Below, one piece after another: positions 63,746-64,000 of a stretch of 64,000 bases of DNA; the stretch's first letter is position 1; each line of letters opens with the position of its first letter. Origin of the DNA: Octopus sinensis. Taxonomy: Eukaryota. Location: the NCBI RefSeq assembly GCF_006345805.1, contig NC_043011.1, forward strand, positions 23,076,464-23,140,463, given 5' to 3'. The notes under the pieces are model-generated. The model made no database searches. It was not told the DNA's origin and saw only the letters and a list, made by a program, of their open reading frames with translations. Both the position numbers and the translations under genes were made by a program.

Positions 63746-64000
63746 TGAAGGCGCATGGCTCAGTGGTTAGAGTGTCAAGCTTACGATCGTGAGGTTGTGA
63801 GCTCGAATCCCAGACCTGGCTGCATGTTGTGTTCTTGAGCAAGACACTTTATTTCACGTTGCTCCAGTTAACTCAGCCGTGAAAATGAGTTGCGACGCCA
63901 CAGGTGCCAAGCTGTATCAGCCTTTGTCTTTCCCTTGGATGACACTGGTGGCATGGAGAGGGGAGGATGGTATGCATGGGCGACTGCTGGCCTTCCATAA
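63746..64000 (+). mobile_element. SINE head A + tail Z (runs off window)
   Basis: gaaggcgcatggctcagtggttagag...gctcgaatccc; matches 37250-37513. Confidence 0.85.

Overview
Eukaryotic, repeat-dominated DNA with no prokaryotic features. It is probably from an octopod cephalopod; this is an inference from the tRNA/CORE-type SINEs, RTE LINE tails and dense microsatellites. Bases 1-18626 are a 139-bp tandem satellite of 134 copies that looks invariant by eye except in the last six copies. The rest is a mosaic of SINEs, decayed L1/Tx1, Gypsy, mariner, RTE and R4-like elements, piggyBac/hAT MITEs, palindromic elements carrying TTAGGG tracts, and a nearly intact Penelope-like element (PLE; upstream ORF plus RT/GIY-YIG ORF, minus strand). 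The only host gene I recognise is three minus-strand exons of ribose-5-phosphate isomerase A (RPIA), each with reading-frame lesions (pseudogene or assembly errors). Best leads: four type I hammerhead-ribozyme-like motifs (two with a CCGANGA core variant), a possible -1 frameshift site linking the two PLE ORFs, and the TTAGGG-bearing palindromic element family. All coordinates were read by eye, and boundaries of decayed elements are approximate.
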